A stretch of DNA of 32,854 nt from a virus. Lineage: Duplodnaviria; Heunggongvirae; Uroviricota; Caudoviricetes. Made by a program: the position numbers and the translations under genes. This document shows, one piece after another, positions 1-9,197 of the stretch. The notes beneath the pieces were generated by a model. It was not told where the DNA came from and did no database searches. It worked only from the letters and a program-made list of their open reading frames with translations. The stretch lies in IMG/VR virus record IMGVR_UViG_2703718859_000017, one strand, 5' to 3'. Within the stretch, counting starts at the first letter, position 1. Every line of letters begins with the position of its first letter.

Positions 1-417
1 ATGAGAGTAAGCCCCTACAATGAAAACGAATCTGTAATATTAATTTATTTGCATATTGATTCTTCTGTCAGAAATATAGTCATTGATTCCTTCAGTGAGG
101 TGGGGCTTCAGCCAACTGTGCCCCGTAACTTCTGCCTTGGATCTGGTGATGACAACATTGCCTCATTGATAGTATCTTTACTCAGGGCCAACTCTGTGCT
201 GGTACTGGAGGCGCTGAAGATGATTCTTTCAAGAAAAAAAATTGAAATTGAGGTTGTGCAAAGTGGAACGGCTGATAATCCTGAGACTATTACAAAAATA
301 AAGGTTTCACGCCCGGAGGATCTTGAAGCGTGTGGTGTTATCGTGGAAAAAATTTGTGCTATTCATGCAAAATCAGTTAATACCACTGCCAGTAACGACC
401 ACAATAAATACAACTGA
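1..417 (+). CDS. Partial CDS (5' end outside window), hypothetical protein; AT-rich relative to the prophage
   Basis: ORF track 1..417 is open from the window edge and stops at 415-417. Composition is visibly AT-rich. No recognisable motif. Confidence 0.3.
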   Translation: MRVSPYNENESVILIYLHIDSSVRNIVIDSFSEVGLQPTVPRNFCLGSGDDNIASLIVSLLRANSVLVLEALKMILSRKKIEIEVVQSGTADNPETITKIKVSRPEDLEACGVIVEKICAIHAKSVNTTASNDHNKYN

Positions 418-424
418 ATAAAAA

Positions 425-442
425 GGCCCGCATGTCGCGGGC
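425..442 (-). terminator. GC-rich hairpin (6-bp stem GCCCGC/GCGGGC, 5-nt loop) followed by a T-run on the minus strand; candidate intrinsic terminator
   Basis: Read directly: ggcccgcatgtcgcgggc flanked by an A-run on plus, which is a U-run on the minus-strand RNA. Confidence 0.35.
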
Positions 443-908
443 AAATACGTCTGTAATCCAACGGAGAAAGGGTGCCATATCGACCGAACCCGGCAACCGG
501 ATAGCGGGGGCTTTCACCCCCGCTGCGGTTTCTTACTGTTTACACTGCAAGAACGCCGCAAATTCTGACCACATGATGTTAAGCCTGAACTCACACGGTG
601 ACTTGTGTATCATCCAGACAATCATCAAAATAGTTATGCATAAAATGCTCACTATGATCGTTTTTTGCGGCATAGCGCTTGACTCCTTTTACAGGGAGGC
701 GCTAACCTTCCACTTGCGAGGTAGATGGGTTAGGGCCTCGGGTTAAACAAATGTTTGACTCGGGGCCTTTCCACATCCGGCCTTCAGGTAATCCTTCCAG
801 CCGTCAGCCGAAAGGCACCCGCGCGTAATTTACCTTTTACGTCCGTTACGTGCAACGGATGACGTGGCTGTTTTTCCTTCCCCTTCGCCATCCTTTTTCG
901 GAGCAGTT

Positions 909-1129
909 GTGCAAAAGTGTGCAAAAGTGATTTTTGCTGCCACTCCCCGCCAGGCCGCGCCAGTTCTGGCTTTCCTGATTTTTTCGTTTTCGTTGTCGGA
1001 TCCTTTTTCAGATCTTCGATCGTGACGTAATTTTAAAAATCTCTTGTTATTCAGTGCATTAAAATTTTTCGGGATCCTCAGAAAGCCGGAGTTTTTGCAC
1101 ACTTTTGCAAAACCTTGCACAAAGTGCAA
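909..1129. repeat. 17-bp perfect inverted repeat pair (TGCAAAAGTGTGCAAAA at 910-926; reverse complement at 1093-1109), with tandem GTGCAAAAGT x2 at 909-928 and palindrome TTGCAC-AAA-GTGCAA at 1115-1129
   Basis: Read directly from the sequence. Coordinates anchored to ORF-track start 1105 (TTG). No convincing ORF between the repeats. Confidence 0.5.
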
Positions 1130-1244
1130 AACCATTCAGAAGGGAAAACCTCAGTAATGGCGCGCCCTGGCGGGGTGTTTTGCACCCCTTTCGATTTGCA
1201 AAATTTATCGTACACAAATACCGGAGGCGTGTGCGGGGTAGCGC

Positions 1245-1412
1245 CGATTACGTCACTTTACGCGTTACGTCGCCGCCGAAAATTTCCGGCCATTTGCGGC
1301 GATTTTGGGGCGCAGAAATCGTTTTCTGATGTCAGGGGATCGAATCGGGCTGGCGGGGTTATCTCTTCGTTACGTGGCGTTACGCGACGTTTTACGTGGG
1401 GATTACGTGGGG
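1245..1412. repeat. Cluster of TTACGYG / ACGTAA motifs, including four direct copies at about 11-bp spacing in 1369-1412; iteron-like array
   Basis: Read directly: cgttacgtggcg, ttacgcgacg, tttacgtgggg, attacgtggggcg. Further copies near 1247-1270, 1020-1030 and 825-850. Confidence 0.45.
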
Positions 1413-1498
1413 CGTTTCGTCCATCTTTTTTTCTGCTGCGGACGGTTTTTTCGTGGTGAGTGATGTCCGGTGATGAATATTTTTTATTATCGGGGGGA

Positions 1499-1523
1499 TA
1501 AAAAAGGCCACATTGCGCGGCCT
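1499..1523 (-). terminator. Candidate intrinsic terminator just downstream of the last tail-operon gene (AGGCC stem, 9-nt loop, then T6 on minus strand)
   Basis: Reverse complement reads aggccgcgcaatgtggcc followed by ttttttat, directly after the stop at 1538-1540. Confidence 0.4.
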
Positions 1524-1537
1524 GTTAAAATGAATAA

Positions 1538-3211
1538 CTATTCGATTATTGGCGAATATTTATTTTTTAGCTGGCGGCACTCCTGAGCGACCTGGCTGAA
1601 CTGTGCGGCCTGCGGAGACGTGCCCGTTTTTGGGTGGGTATGTGATGCTGTAATATCTGCCAGCTCTTCCACCACATCGGCAAGGTCCGTCAGCATGGTC
1701 AGTACATTAATGCCCTCGTTTCCCAGCTTCACCGTATCGCCAACCAGCTTCTGCGCCAGCGCAATACTGTGACGGACGCCCTTAATCTTTTCGGTAAGGC
1801 TGCCGCCCACGGTGTCCAGGGTGTCGCCTTCCACGTCGCGCTCACAGGTACCGGCAACCACCATCATGTGTCCGCCCGTGCTGATGCTGTAGCTCTCTTC
1901 AGTGATATGGGTGACCGCGCCAGCCTGAAGCGTGGATACGCCCAGGACGGTGGTTGTGTCGGTTGCCTGTATGGTGGTCTCCCGGCTGGTCAGGCTCCGC
2001 GTTTCCTCGTCTGCGCTCACCACGCGCTCGCGTGATGTCTCCTGTATCCGCTGGTCTGTCTGGCGCTCCCAGTCTCCGGCGACCGTCACGCGCTGCGATA
2101 CGCCGTCGCGCTGTTGCTGCAACTGCTCGCCCGGCTTCACGTCGGGCAGATTGTGGCCCTCTGCCATTATCTGGCGGATGAAGGGCTTATCCGCCCGGCC
2201 TTCCACAAATCCCACTTCCACCAGGGTTCCGGGCGGCGGGAACTGGAACATGCCGGACTCACTGCCCGCCATGGGAACGGGGAGGGGAACGGCGTTATAA
2301 ACGGGCGTATCCGCTGCCGGGTTGCCGTTCTCGTCAAGCAGCTGGAGATTCACCGCGTAGCGGGGTCTGAACGGGTCGGCAATATTGCCCGCGCTGACGG
2401 CTTCGGTCGGCGCCTCAACACGTGCCAGTTTGGGCAGGTGAAGCCCTGATGCCAGTTCAGGGAAGGCCTTTTCAGCCTGGCGACGGAAAGGGGACTTCTG
2501 GAGGGGAGCGCCGGTGGCTTTATTGCGCGGTGTCCACGTGATGGTCATGTTGTCATCTTCCAGCATGACCATCGTCAGGCGCTGACCGTTCACCTCCACA
2601 CCCGGTCGCAGCGTCTGAATCATCGGGAGGGTCATACTGTGCCCGCCCGTTGATGCCTGGCTGAACTCGTGCGGGATGGTGACGGGGCGACCGGAAAACA
2701 TCCCCTGCGCGGCAGCAGCGGCCATAATGCCGCCGTCCGGTAACGGATGCCAGATGTAATCCGGTACGGAGAAAATACGCCCCAGACTGGCCAGCAGTTC
2801 GTAGCCCGTGCCGCTGTGTGTGAAATGCGGAACGGGTCTGTCAGTGTAAGCCGCGTTGTCCGGCAGGATGATTTCCAGCCCGCTGGTCTCACTCAGCCAC
2901 TGTGTGACCGTGCGCATTGTCGGGTGCTGAAATGAACAGGGGAAGGGGTGATCAAGGATCCCCGCCATTTCACGAATCAGAAGCCGCACCGAGCCGTTTT
3001 CAGCGGGCTGGCTGCGTTCAACGTATCCGGTAAACCAGCGCACCAGGTCGTTTCCGTATCCGATATCGAGACGAACGGGGCGCCCGGTGTAGTTCTGCTC
3101 TGTTCTGGCCGTGATAAATCCGCGTCCGCACGCGTTCAGCTCAAGCATGACGGAACAACTGACCAGCTGAATGGTGTCGTTACCCAGTAACAGACGTTTA
3201 GTGGGGTTCAT
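1538..3211 (-). CDS. Tail-operon distal protein (557 aa); possible baseplate hub/spike-like component, function not established
   Basis: ORF track. Last gene of the tail operon before the terminator. C-terminal half has repetitive beta-rich character; no hub or spike gene is otherwise recognisable in the tail module. Identity is inference. Confidence 0.3.
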   Translation of the reverse strand: MNPTKRLLLGNDTIQLVSCSVMLELNACGRGFITARTEQNYTGRPVRLDIGYGNDLVRWFTGYVERSQPAENGSVRLLIREMAGILDHPFPCSFQHPTMRTVTQWLSETSGLEIILPDNAAYTDRPVPHFTHSGTGYELLASLGRIFSVPDYIWHPLPDGGIMAAAAAQGMFSGRPVTIPHEFSQASTGGHSMTLPMIQTLRPGVEVNGQRLTMVMLEDDNMTITWTPRNKATGAPLQKSPFRRQAEKAFPELASGLHLPKLARVEAPTEAVSAGNIADPFRPRYAVNLQLLDENGNPAADTPVYNAVPLPVPMAGSESGMFQFPPPGTLVEVGFVEGRADKPFIRQIMAEGHNLPDVKPGEQLQQQRDGVSQRVTVAGDWERQTDQRIQETSRERVVSADEETRSLTSRETTIQATDTTTVLGVSTLQAGAVTHITEESYSISTGGHMMVVAGTCERDVEGDTLDTVGGSLTEKIKGVRHSIALAQKLVGDTVKLGNEGINVLTMLTDLADVVEELADITASHTHPKTGTSPQAAQFSQVAQECRQLKNKYSPIIE

Positions 3212-3213
3212 GG

Positions 3214-3756
3214 TTACTCCAGTGCATCATTGACGGGTTTGAGGACCTTTTCTTCGAACCAGGTCATTTTCTCCGGTGTTTCGTCGGCCACGGTCCCGCC
3301 TTTTGCGCCGGGCGTCTGCGGCGTCTGTTTACGGCTGCTGCCGGGGGTGGCGCGTGCCTGGCGTTTTTCCGGTACGCTTCGTCTTTCGCGTAATGTGAAG
3401 CTGACCTGCCAGGCGAGGCGGTCGGTCTGCTGCTGTGCGTCTATCTGCCCGGAAAATGTCCCTTCACGAAAGTTAATGGCGGCAGCGGTGGCGTTTGCGA
3501 TACGGTAAACTTTCAGGGCACCGTCCCCGGTGGTGGCAGAGGCCAGCTGGAAAATGCGCTGAAGGGCCCGCTCATTGTCAAAGGTGATCATCCCGGTTAC
3601 GCGAAGCTCTTTGGCCTTGATGCCCTGCTCGGCGTTCGCGGTGCTCGATGTCTGACCGGACTGGTCCTTTTCCTGGAACTGCATCGAGGGCGAAATCACC
3701 ATGTTCTGCATGAAAATACCCTCACCATCAAGGGCGAGCAGTGCGGTCTGGCTCAT
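3214..3756 (-). CDS. Hypothetical tail-module protein (180 aa)
   Basis: ORF track. Co-oriented and tightly packed with tail genes. Start may be the internal Met at 3711. Confidence 0.3.
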   Translation of the reverse strand: MSQTALLALDGEGIFMQNMVISPSMQFQEKDQSGQTSSTANAEQGIKAKELRVTGMITFDNERALQRIFQLASATTGDGALKVYRIANATAAAINFREGTFSGQIDAQQQTDRLAWQVSFTLRERRSVPEKRQARATPGSSRKQTPQTPGAKGGTVADETPEKMTWFEEKVLKPVNDALE

Positions 3757-4453
3757 GGATCATTTTCCCCAGTTCGGTTAATGAGTCTGCCGCCAGGAGT
3801 GCGGCCACAGTATGTACGGCGGTCGGTGCCGGGATATCCTTCACCATGGCCGCCGCTGCGGCGCGGTGATACCCCCGGTACTGAAATACCCAGGCCTGCG
3901 CCTTCTGTTCTGCCAGTGTTCTGATCCCCTCTTCCAGTCCGGCAAGTGCGCCAGCCCGTCTGCTGATAAAGCGGCTTATCTGGCGGCGAAGCCCTGCGGC
4001 ATCCGGGCGTTGTGCTGCCAGCTGCCTGGCCTGTGCTGCACGGGCGGCACTGACTGCGCTGCGTATTGTGGAAACGGAAAGATGCACAGGTGCGGGCAGG
4101 GTGTCGGTGGTGATCGGGATTTGCATTTTGTCAGTGCTCAGACTGGCGGCAGCCTGTGCCATGCGCTGTGCCTGCGTGAATACCGGCACGGGCAGAACGG
4201 TGGTCAGTGCCGCCATTGACTGTATAAAAAGATCGTGGGTGTTTTCGGCAATCATGATAATGGTCACGTCGCCGGATGCACGGCTTCCGGCCATTTTCCC
4301 GGCCAGCCAGTTTATGGCGTTCGGAGGGCTTAAATATATCCCCGATTCTTCATATCGTCCCAGCCCGTAAGTCCACGGTGTGACGGGGATGACGGAACAG
4401 CTCAGCGGGGGCATGTCAGCGCTGACGCTGATTGTTTTTCTTGTCCACGTCAT
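3728..4453 (-). CDS. Hypothetical protein (241 aa) immediately downstream of the tail fiber assembly gene
   Basis: ORF track. Ala-rich, no recognisable motif. Sits where P2 has its Z/fun locus after gene G. Confidence 0.3.
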   Translation of the reverse strand: MTWTRKTISVSADMPPLSCSVIPVTPWTYGLGRYEESGIYLSPPNAINWLAGKMAGSRASGDVTIIMIAENTHDLFIQSMAALTTVLPVPVFTQAQRMAQAAASLSTDKMQIPITTDTLPAPVHLSVSTIRSAVSAARAAQARQLAAQRPDAAGLRRQISRFISRRAGALAGLEEGIRTLAEQKAQAWVFQYRGYHRAAAAAMVKDIPAPTAVHTVAALLAADSLTELGKMIHEPDRTARP

Positions 4454-4464
4454 GGTGCCTCCGG

Positions 4465-5061
4465 TCAGCCTGCGTGATGATCCGGCGAAGGGGATTCAGG
4501 CCAGACAATATCCGGCGCGTTGCCCGTGTCTGTCCGGTTCAGTAATACCCGGTATTTTTTCCACAGGGGAAGCAGGGCGCTTTCATCGTCGGTCGCCATA
4601 TTTAAATCCACGGCATCCTGGAGGATGTTTATTGTATTTGTTGCTTCCTGTATTAATTCCCGTTTTTTGTTCTCCGCCTCGCTCACCCGGTAAGCCTGTT
4701 CTGCTGCTTCATCCTTAACCCATGATGAACCATCCCACCGGCAGAACTCCCCGTCCGGTTTTATTTCTGTCACGTTTTCCGGTAACGGGCCCGGCTCAGT
4801 AATCAGTAAGGTGCTCCCCGACTCCAGACGCCAGACGGCTTTACCCCGGTGATCTTCCATGAGGTGCCAGGCGTTTTCATCCTCATCAAAGATAGCCACG
4901 TGTCCTTCAGGAATGTCAGGCGGGGCAATGTCCGTTGAGTGCGCAGGCAGTCCGGTATGCGGAGGGATCCAGGCATCGCCTTCGCCGATAAATTCATTTG
5001 TTCCGGCTGACAGGTTGTAGATTTTAATTGTCTGTGGGTGTTCGCTCATTTTAAAGGTCAT
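4465..5061 (-). CDS. G: Tail fiber assembly protein (P2 gpG / Tfa-like)
   Basis: ORF track 198 aa. Start overlaps the fiber gene stop by 1 nt. Position and size match the Tfa chaperone that follows the fiber gene in P2-like phages (recalled). Confidence 0.65.
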   Translation of the reverse strand: MTFKMSEHPQTIKIYNLSAGTNEFIGEGDAWIPPHTGLPAHSTDIAPPDIPEGHVAIFDEDENAWHLMEDHRGKAVWRLESGSTLLITEPGPLPENVTEIKPDGEFCRWDGSSWVKDEAAEQAYRVSEAENKKRELIQEATNTINILQDAVDLNMATDDESALLPLWKKYRVLLNRTDTGNAPDIVWPESPSPDHHAG

Positions 5062-7121
5062 TATGCAAGCCTCACGATGTAGTTAAATGCGATGTTTTTG
5101 ACGGTGTTTTCCGCATTACCGGTGGGGTTAATGGTCAGGCCGTGGCCATGTTGACCCAGTGCGAGCGTGTGGATGTGTTCGCCAATGCTTACCGAATGTG
5201 TGTGTTCCGAAACTCTGGCGATCAGGTTCGCCCCGGAGCCCGGCCCGTATGCGGTCCAGTCACTGCTGCCTTCCGGTGACGCGGTGGCGGTTCTTAATGA
5301 TATTGTTGCGCTGAACGGCCCCGCGCTGTTTGTTGTTTTTGTGCCGTAATTGAAGGATGAGGTCGTTTTTGTGCCAAGGTCAGTATTTGAGACGCTCCCT
5401 CCGTGGGTGTGCGATTTGATGCCGTCCTGCTCCTGTGACAATACCGCACGACCGCTGGCAGGTTTTCCCTTGATTGTCCAGCCACGCATATCCGGGATAC
5501 GACCATCCGGATAGGCTTTTGCCAGCAGGGGATATCGTGCTTTATCGAATGTCTGCCCCACCATGATGGCGTAACCGGCAGGTGGGGTGTCTGACGGCCA
5601 CGGCAGGGGAACGCCTGCGGGTAACAACTCACTTGCAGGCAGTGCGCCGATGTCCTGTGGTGTGGGTTTGTTTTTGTCCGTGTAAGTGCGGTACCAGATG
5701 GTGCTTTTCCCTTTATTTAAAACAACCCCGGTGAACTGTGTGCGGAGGTACATGTCGGCAGGGTTTGGGCTTTCGAGACCTGTCGTGATCCTGATGATCC
5801 CCCCGTTGATGTCGCCTGATACTTCGATAAGGCAGCCTCCAAGGCAGATATCACCATAGCCCGTATCAGTGAGCACGCTGTGCCGGGAAAGTGAAATATT
5901 GGCTTTGAATATCCAGAGTCCTGGTCTGAAGGCGCCACGTTCATTCAGCCATTCCACGAATTGTTCTGTTGTCCAGCGTTGCCCTGCTTCACCCACGTAC
6001 CCGTCTTTTGCATAAACGCGTGGTGCGCCCACGTTGATCAGGAACAGCTCCTTGTTGGGGATGTCCTCACCATTGCGGTTTTTCGCAAGCCGACCATCGG
6101 CGTTGTCCATGGCGATCTTTATAGCCTTTGGCGTGGCTGCCTGTGTCTCTGATGTACTGGTGGTGGCGCTGCTTAACTGTGTGAAGCCCTTTTCTTTCAG
6201 CGTTGCGTCCGGGTGGTTGCGTGATTTCTCGTGTTTTTTCAGAGCGTCCAGCCAGCGGCGTTCTTCCGGCGTTCCTCTGGGGCGCAGGTCAGTCACGTTG
6301 CCGTCTTCATCAATGTCAGCAAGGGCAAAAAAATATTGCCGGGCGGCCTCCTTCCTGTGTGCTTCCAGCAGGATCTCTTCCGTGGCGGCGGGGTCGGCCA
6401 TGATAATATCGTGCTCCACCGTCCATTCACTGGTGAGCGTACCGGTCCACCATACTGTCAGCCAGATACGGGACGGGAAGTCTGGCGTGGTCAGCGGTAT
6501 GTCTTCGGTCAGCTCTGCGCGTAATCCCTCCACGTAACCGGTCCCTTTGCAGAGTGACCATCTTTCGCCTTTTTTAACCAGCCAGCCGTCCCCAAAGAAT
6601 GCAGCGTTACCGTAAATATCGATGTTTTCCCGGCGCTGGCGCTCGTCCATGGCCGCCAGGCGTGCCGTGAAGTCTATCTGCCAGGTCTGCGCCGGGGTGG
6701 TGATACCTGTGGCTTCCTTCGCACCGCTGTACTCCATGAGCATGGAACGGACCAGCACATTACCTTCGTTACCGTTGTGGGTTCTGATTTTTTTCTGTGT
6801 GGGGGCGTGAACAATCATGGCCAGCGTGCTGGTTGCTTTGCTGACCAGTCCCACCCAGTTAAATTCAAAATCACCCAGCTCTGCCCCCAGGGTGACCGAA
6901 TAAACCACGGCATTCTCATTCACCACGCCGGTTTTGCCAACGGCCTGGCGGTGAACAATCTGATCTTCAGGTGGCAGGGTTTCGTCGGGGGATACCGGTG
7001 TTTCCGGGTTGAGGTCCGGGACGTTTGCAAAAACAAACTCATCCAGCACAACGGGGGTGCCTTCCGCCGCCTGCTGTGCCTTGAGCCGGATAAAGGCGCT
7101 GGTAATTACAGATTTCGCCAT
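5061..7121 (-). CDS. H: Tail fiber protein (P2 gpH-like)
   Basis: 686 aa. Contains [34 protein letters not shown], closely matching the remembered conserved P2 gpH region. His-rich HxH C-terminal segment ([25 protein letters not shown]). Confidence 0.8.
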   Translation of the reverse strand: MAKSVITSAFIRLKAQQAAEGTPVVLDEFVFANVPDLNPETPVSPDETLPPEDQIVHRQAVGKTGVVNENAVVYSVTLGAELGDFEFNWVGLVSKATSTLAMIVHAPTQKKIRTHNGNEGNVLVRSMLMEYSGAKEATGITTPAQTWQIDFTARLAAMDERQRRENIDIYGNAAFFGDGWLVKKGERWSLCKGTGYVEGLRAELTEDIPLTTPDFPSRIWLTVWWTGTLTSEWTVEHDIIMADPAATEEILLEAHRKEAARQYFFALADIDEDGNVTDLRPRGTPEERRWLDALKKHEKSRNHPDATLKEKGFTQLSSATTSTSETQAATPKAIKIAMDNADGRLAKNRNGEDIPNKELFLINVGAPRVYAKDGYVGEAGQRWTTEQFVEWLNERGAFRPGLWIFKANISLSRHSVLTDTGYGDICLGGCLIEVSGDINGGIIRITTGLESPNPADMYLRTQFTGVVLNKGKSTIWYRTYTDKNKPTPQDIGALPASELLPAGVPLPWPSDTPPAGYAIMVGQTFDKARYPLLAKAYPDGRIPDMRGWTIKGKPASGRAVLSQEQDGIKSHTHGGSVSNTDLGTKTTSSFNYGTKTTNSAGPFSATISLRTATASPEGSSDWTAYGPGSGANLIARVSEHTHSVSIGEHIHTLALGQHGHGLTINPTGNAENTVKNIAFNYIVRLA

Positions 7122-7143
7122 AAAGTCATACTCCTTCAGTCAT

Positions 7144-7692
7144 TCACTCTGCCCTGGCCGTCCAGCAGATATACTCCCCTTCGTATGCGCCATAATGGAT
7201 GATGAAGGGGTTAAGGGTTTCCACCTCAAAACGGTAACGGCGGCATGTCCTGCCATATTTGCGGATGATCTCCAGAAGAAGATCGCTGTTGTCGGCTATC
7301 TGGCTGTCTGTCACCTGCACCAGGATCACATCCCAGTCCACGCCGGGCTTGCGCTCCTGCAACTCCACATGTCCAATGCCCAGCCGTTCAAAAATGGCAA
7401 TAAATCCTGCCACCTCTCCGGCGTCCTGTGCATTGACAAAGGCGTGGGCGATACGGCGGCGGTACAGTGATGTGGGTTCACCTTTAAAACGGGTGATGTC
7501 CCGCTCCCATGCCAGTAAATCAAGTACGGGCTCTGCACATGTCATGGGGTCAAACTGGCGCACGGGCCAGGTGATCCATTCCCATACGCGGGACCAGAAC
7601 GCCTGCGCGGCCCGCAGCAGTTTGTCGGGTTCCCCCCTGTCCATCCAGGAGGGCAGTTTCAGCGAGCGAAGTCGCTGCAAAAAGTCATTCAA
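7144..7692 (-). CDS. I: Baseplate/tail protein, P2 gpI-like
   Basis: 182 aa ORF between the J-like gene and the fiber gene. Size and position match P2 gpI; assignment from recall. Confidence 0.55.
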   Translation of the reverse strand: MNDFLQRLRSLKLPSWMDRGEPDKLLRAAQAFWSRVWEWITWPVRQFDPMTCAEPVLDLLAWERDITRFKGEPTSLYRRRIAHAFVNAQDAGEVAGFIAIFERLGIGHVELQERKPGVDWDVILVQVTDSQIADNSDLLLEIIRKYGRTCRRYRFEVETLNPFIIHYGAYEGEYICWTARAE

Positions 7693-8869
7693 TGACCACC
7701 TCCACTGTCAGGGATTCGAGCCGTGGCACGGCCAGATCGCTGATGATGTCTTCCAGTGAAAACTGAACCGAAGCCACCACCGGGAAGGTCTGATGAATTT
7801 CCTTGCCCAGCGTGGAAAACGAAAAGCGCGAATAGGGCCAGACTTTTTTCACATTAAAGCGGGCGTTCTCCCGAAAAGCGCAGCGTATCAGGTCGCTGAT
7901 ATCCTGTTTCAGCCCTTCCGCGCCGTCCGGTGGCAGGGTGGTTGAGCTTCTGATGTATACGGTGACGTCCAGACGGTGACGCGTCTCCGGCATGGCGAAA
8001 CACTGCAAATCATCCCCGTGTCCGTGGTGCCCCTCTTCGTTGATGTAGCGGTTGACTGCTTCAATGAAAGGGGCAGAGGCCTCGCCGCTGTCCAGTAACA
8101 GGTAGGCGTTGGCCGTTCCCGGTCCTCTCGGGGCGTCGTGCTGAAAGTAGATCCGGTCGATGCTCAGGCCTGCCACGCTGGCGATAAGTCCCCGGTAGAC
8201 GGCGTCCGTGTGGTAACTGCTCACGAGGTTAAACTGGTTGCGTATTCTGTCGCGCAGTTCGTCGTCGCTTTCCTCATCGGCACCCGGTACGGTCAGCCAG
8301 TCTTCCCGGTTCACCACGGATGCAATGCCGGGAATGGCAACGGGAAGGATACGGAAGTACCCCGGAGCGAGGTTGTGCCCGCTGCCTTCGGTGGTGGCTT
8401 CCACGGGAACGGATGCGCCGCTTTTACCGCTGCTGATAAGCGTTTCCTCCGTGACGGCCATGCTGTATATCACGCCGTTAATTCTGGCGGTCTGGACGAT
8501 GGTCCCTTCGGGGATGAGAACATCATCATTTGCCCTGGTTTTGGCAAACCAGATCACGCCACTGGCCTTACTGGCCGGTTTTGGGGTGATGTTGACGTCG
8601 TGCGCATGAAGCAGAAGAAGTGACCGGTCAGCCGTGGCGACAAACATACCGGGCAGCACAACGTCAACCAGCGCATCACGCAGCCACTGAACGGGTCGTA
8701 TGACAATGGTCAGAATGAGCCGCCAGAAGGGACTCATGGGCGAGGTGTTGGTGATGAGTCCGGTTTTCTGTACATCCTCATGAAAGAGGGTGGCGATCTC
8801 TTCTTCTGTTTCCGGCATACCGCTTTCACGGAATACCTGATTAAAATCAACGTCCGGTTTCCCTTTCAT
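7685..8869 (-). CDS. J: Baseplate J-like protein
   Basis: 394 aa ORF downstream of the gp25/W-like ORF and upstream of I/H/G. Contains an acidic DDELRDRIRN stretch that resembles remembered baseplate J proteins. Confidence 0.55.
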   Translation of the reverse strand: MKGKPDVDFNQVFRESGMPETEEEIATLFHEDVQKTGLITNTSPMSPFWRLILTIVIRPVQWLRDALVDVVLPGMFVATADRSLLLLHAHDVNITPKPASKASGVIWFAKTRANDDVLIPEGTIVQTARINGVIYSMAVTEETLISSGKSGASVPVEATTEGSGHNLAPGYFRILPVAIPGIASVVNREDWLTVPGADEESDDELRDRIRNQFNLVSSYHTDAVYRGLIASVAGLSIDRIYFQHDAPRGPGTANAYLLLDSGEASAPFIEAVNRYINEEGHHGHGDDLQCFAMPETRHRLDVTVYIRSSTTLPPDGAEGLKQDISDLIRCAFRENARFNVKKVWPYSRFSFSTLGKEIHQTFPVVASVQFSLEDIISDLAVPRLESLTVEVVIE

Positions 8870-9197
8870 AGTTCACCCTGGTGTTTATGCGTCCAAAATC
8901 CTGTGTCTCTGCCGTCACATGCAGCCTGCCCGGTGCCTCTTCGTTAATGAACACCGTCCCCGGAACCAGCCGTTCATCATCCTCAACCAGGAGGATAAGC
9001 CGGGTAATGATGTCGCTGCGCAGCGTCGGGCTGCGTTCGCCGATAAGCAGGGCGGCGATCCCGCTTTCGATAATGCTGTGCACCACGTCCTGGCCGATGC
9101 TGACCCGGTTATCACATCGCTGTGGCTCGTTGCCGCTGTTCAGCGTAAAACTGCCGTCAGTGATAAGCATGTCGATGTAAAGCGATGGCGTGTTCAT
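8847..9197 (-). CDS. Small baseplate protein, possibly gp25/GpW-like
   Basis: ORF track 8847..9218. Likely ATG at 9197 overlaps the tape-measure stop (ATGA). Contains a GER-containing segment; weak resemblance only. Confidence 0.3.
   Translation of the reverse strand: MNTPSLYIDMLITDGSFTLNSGNEPQRCDNRVSIGQDVVHSIIESGIAALLIGERSPTLRSDIITRLILLVEDDERLVPGTVFINEEAPGRLHVTAETQDFGRINTRVNYERETGR

Noticed and set aside
432-1459. ORF-track ORFs 432..746 (+), 830..1135 (-), 1105..1329 (+), 1115..1459 (+)
   Set aside because: They overlap one another and the repeat arrays, use non-ATG starts, have atypical basic low-complexity translations and lack SD sequences. The region is treated as non-coding.
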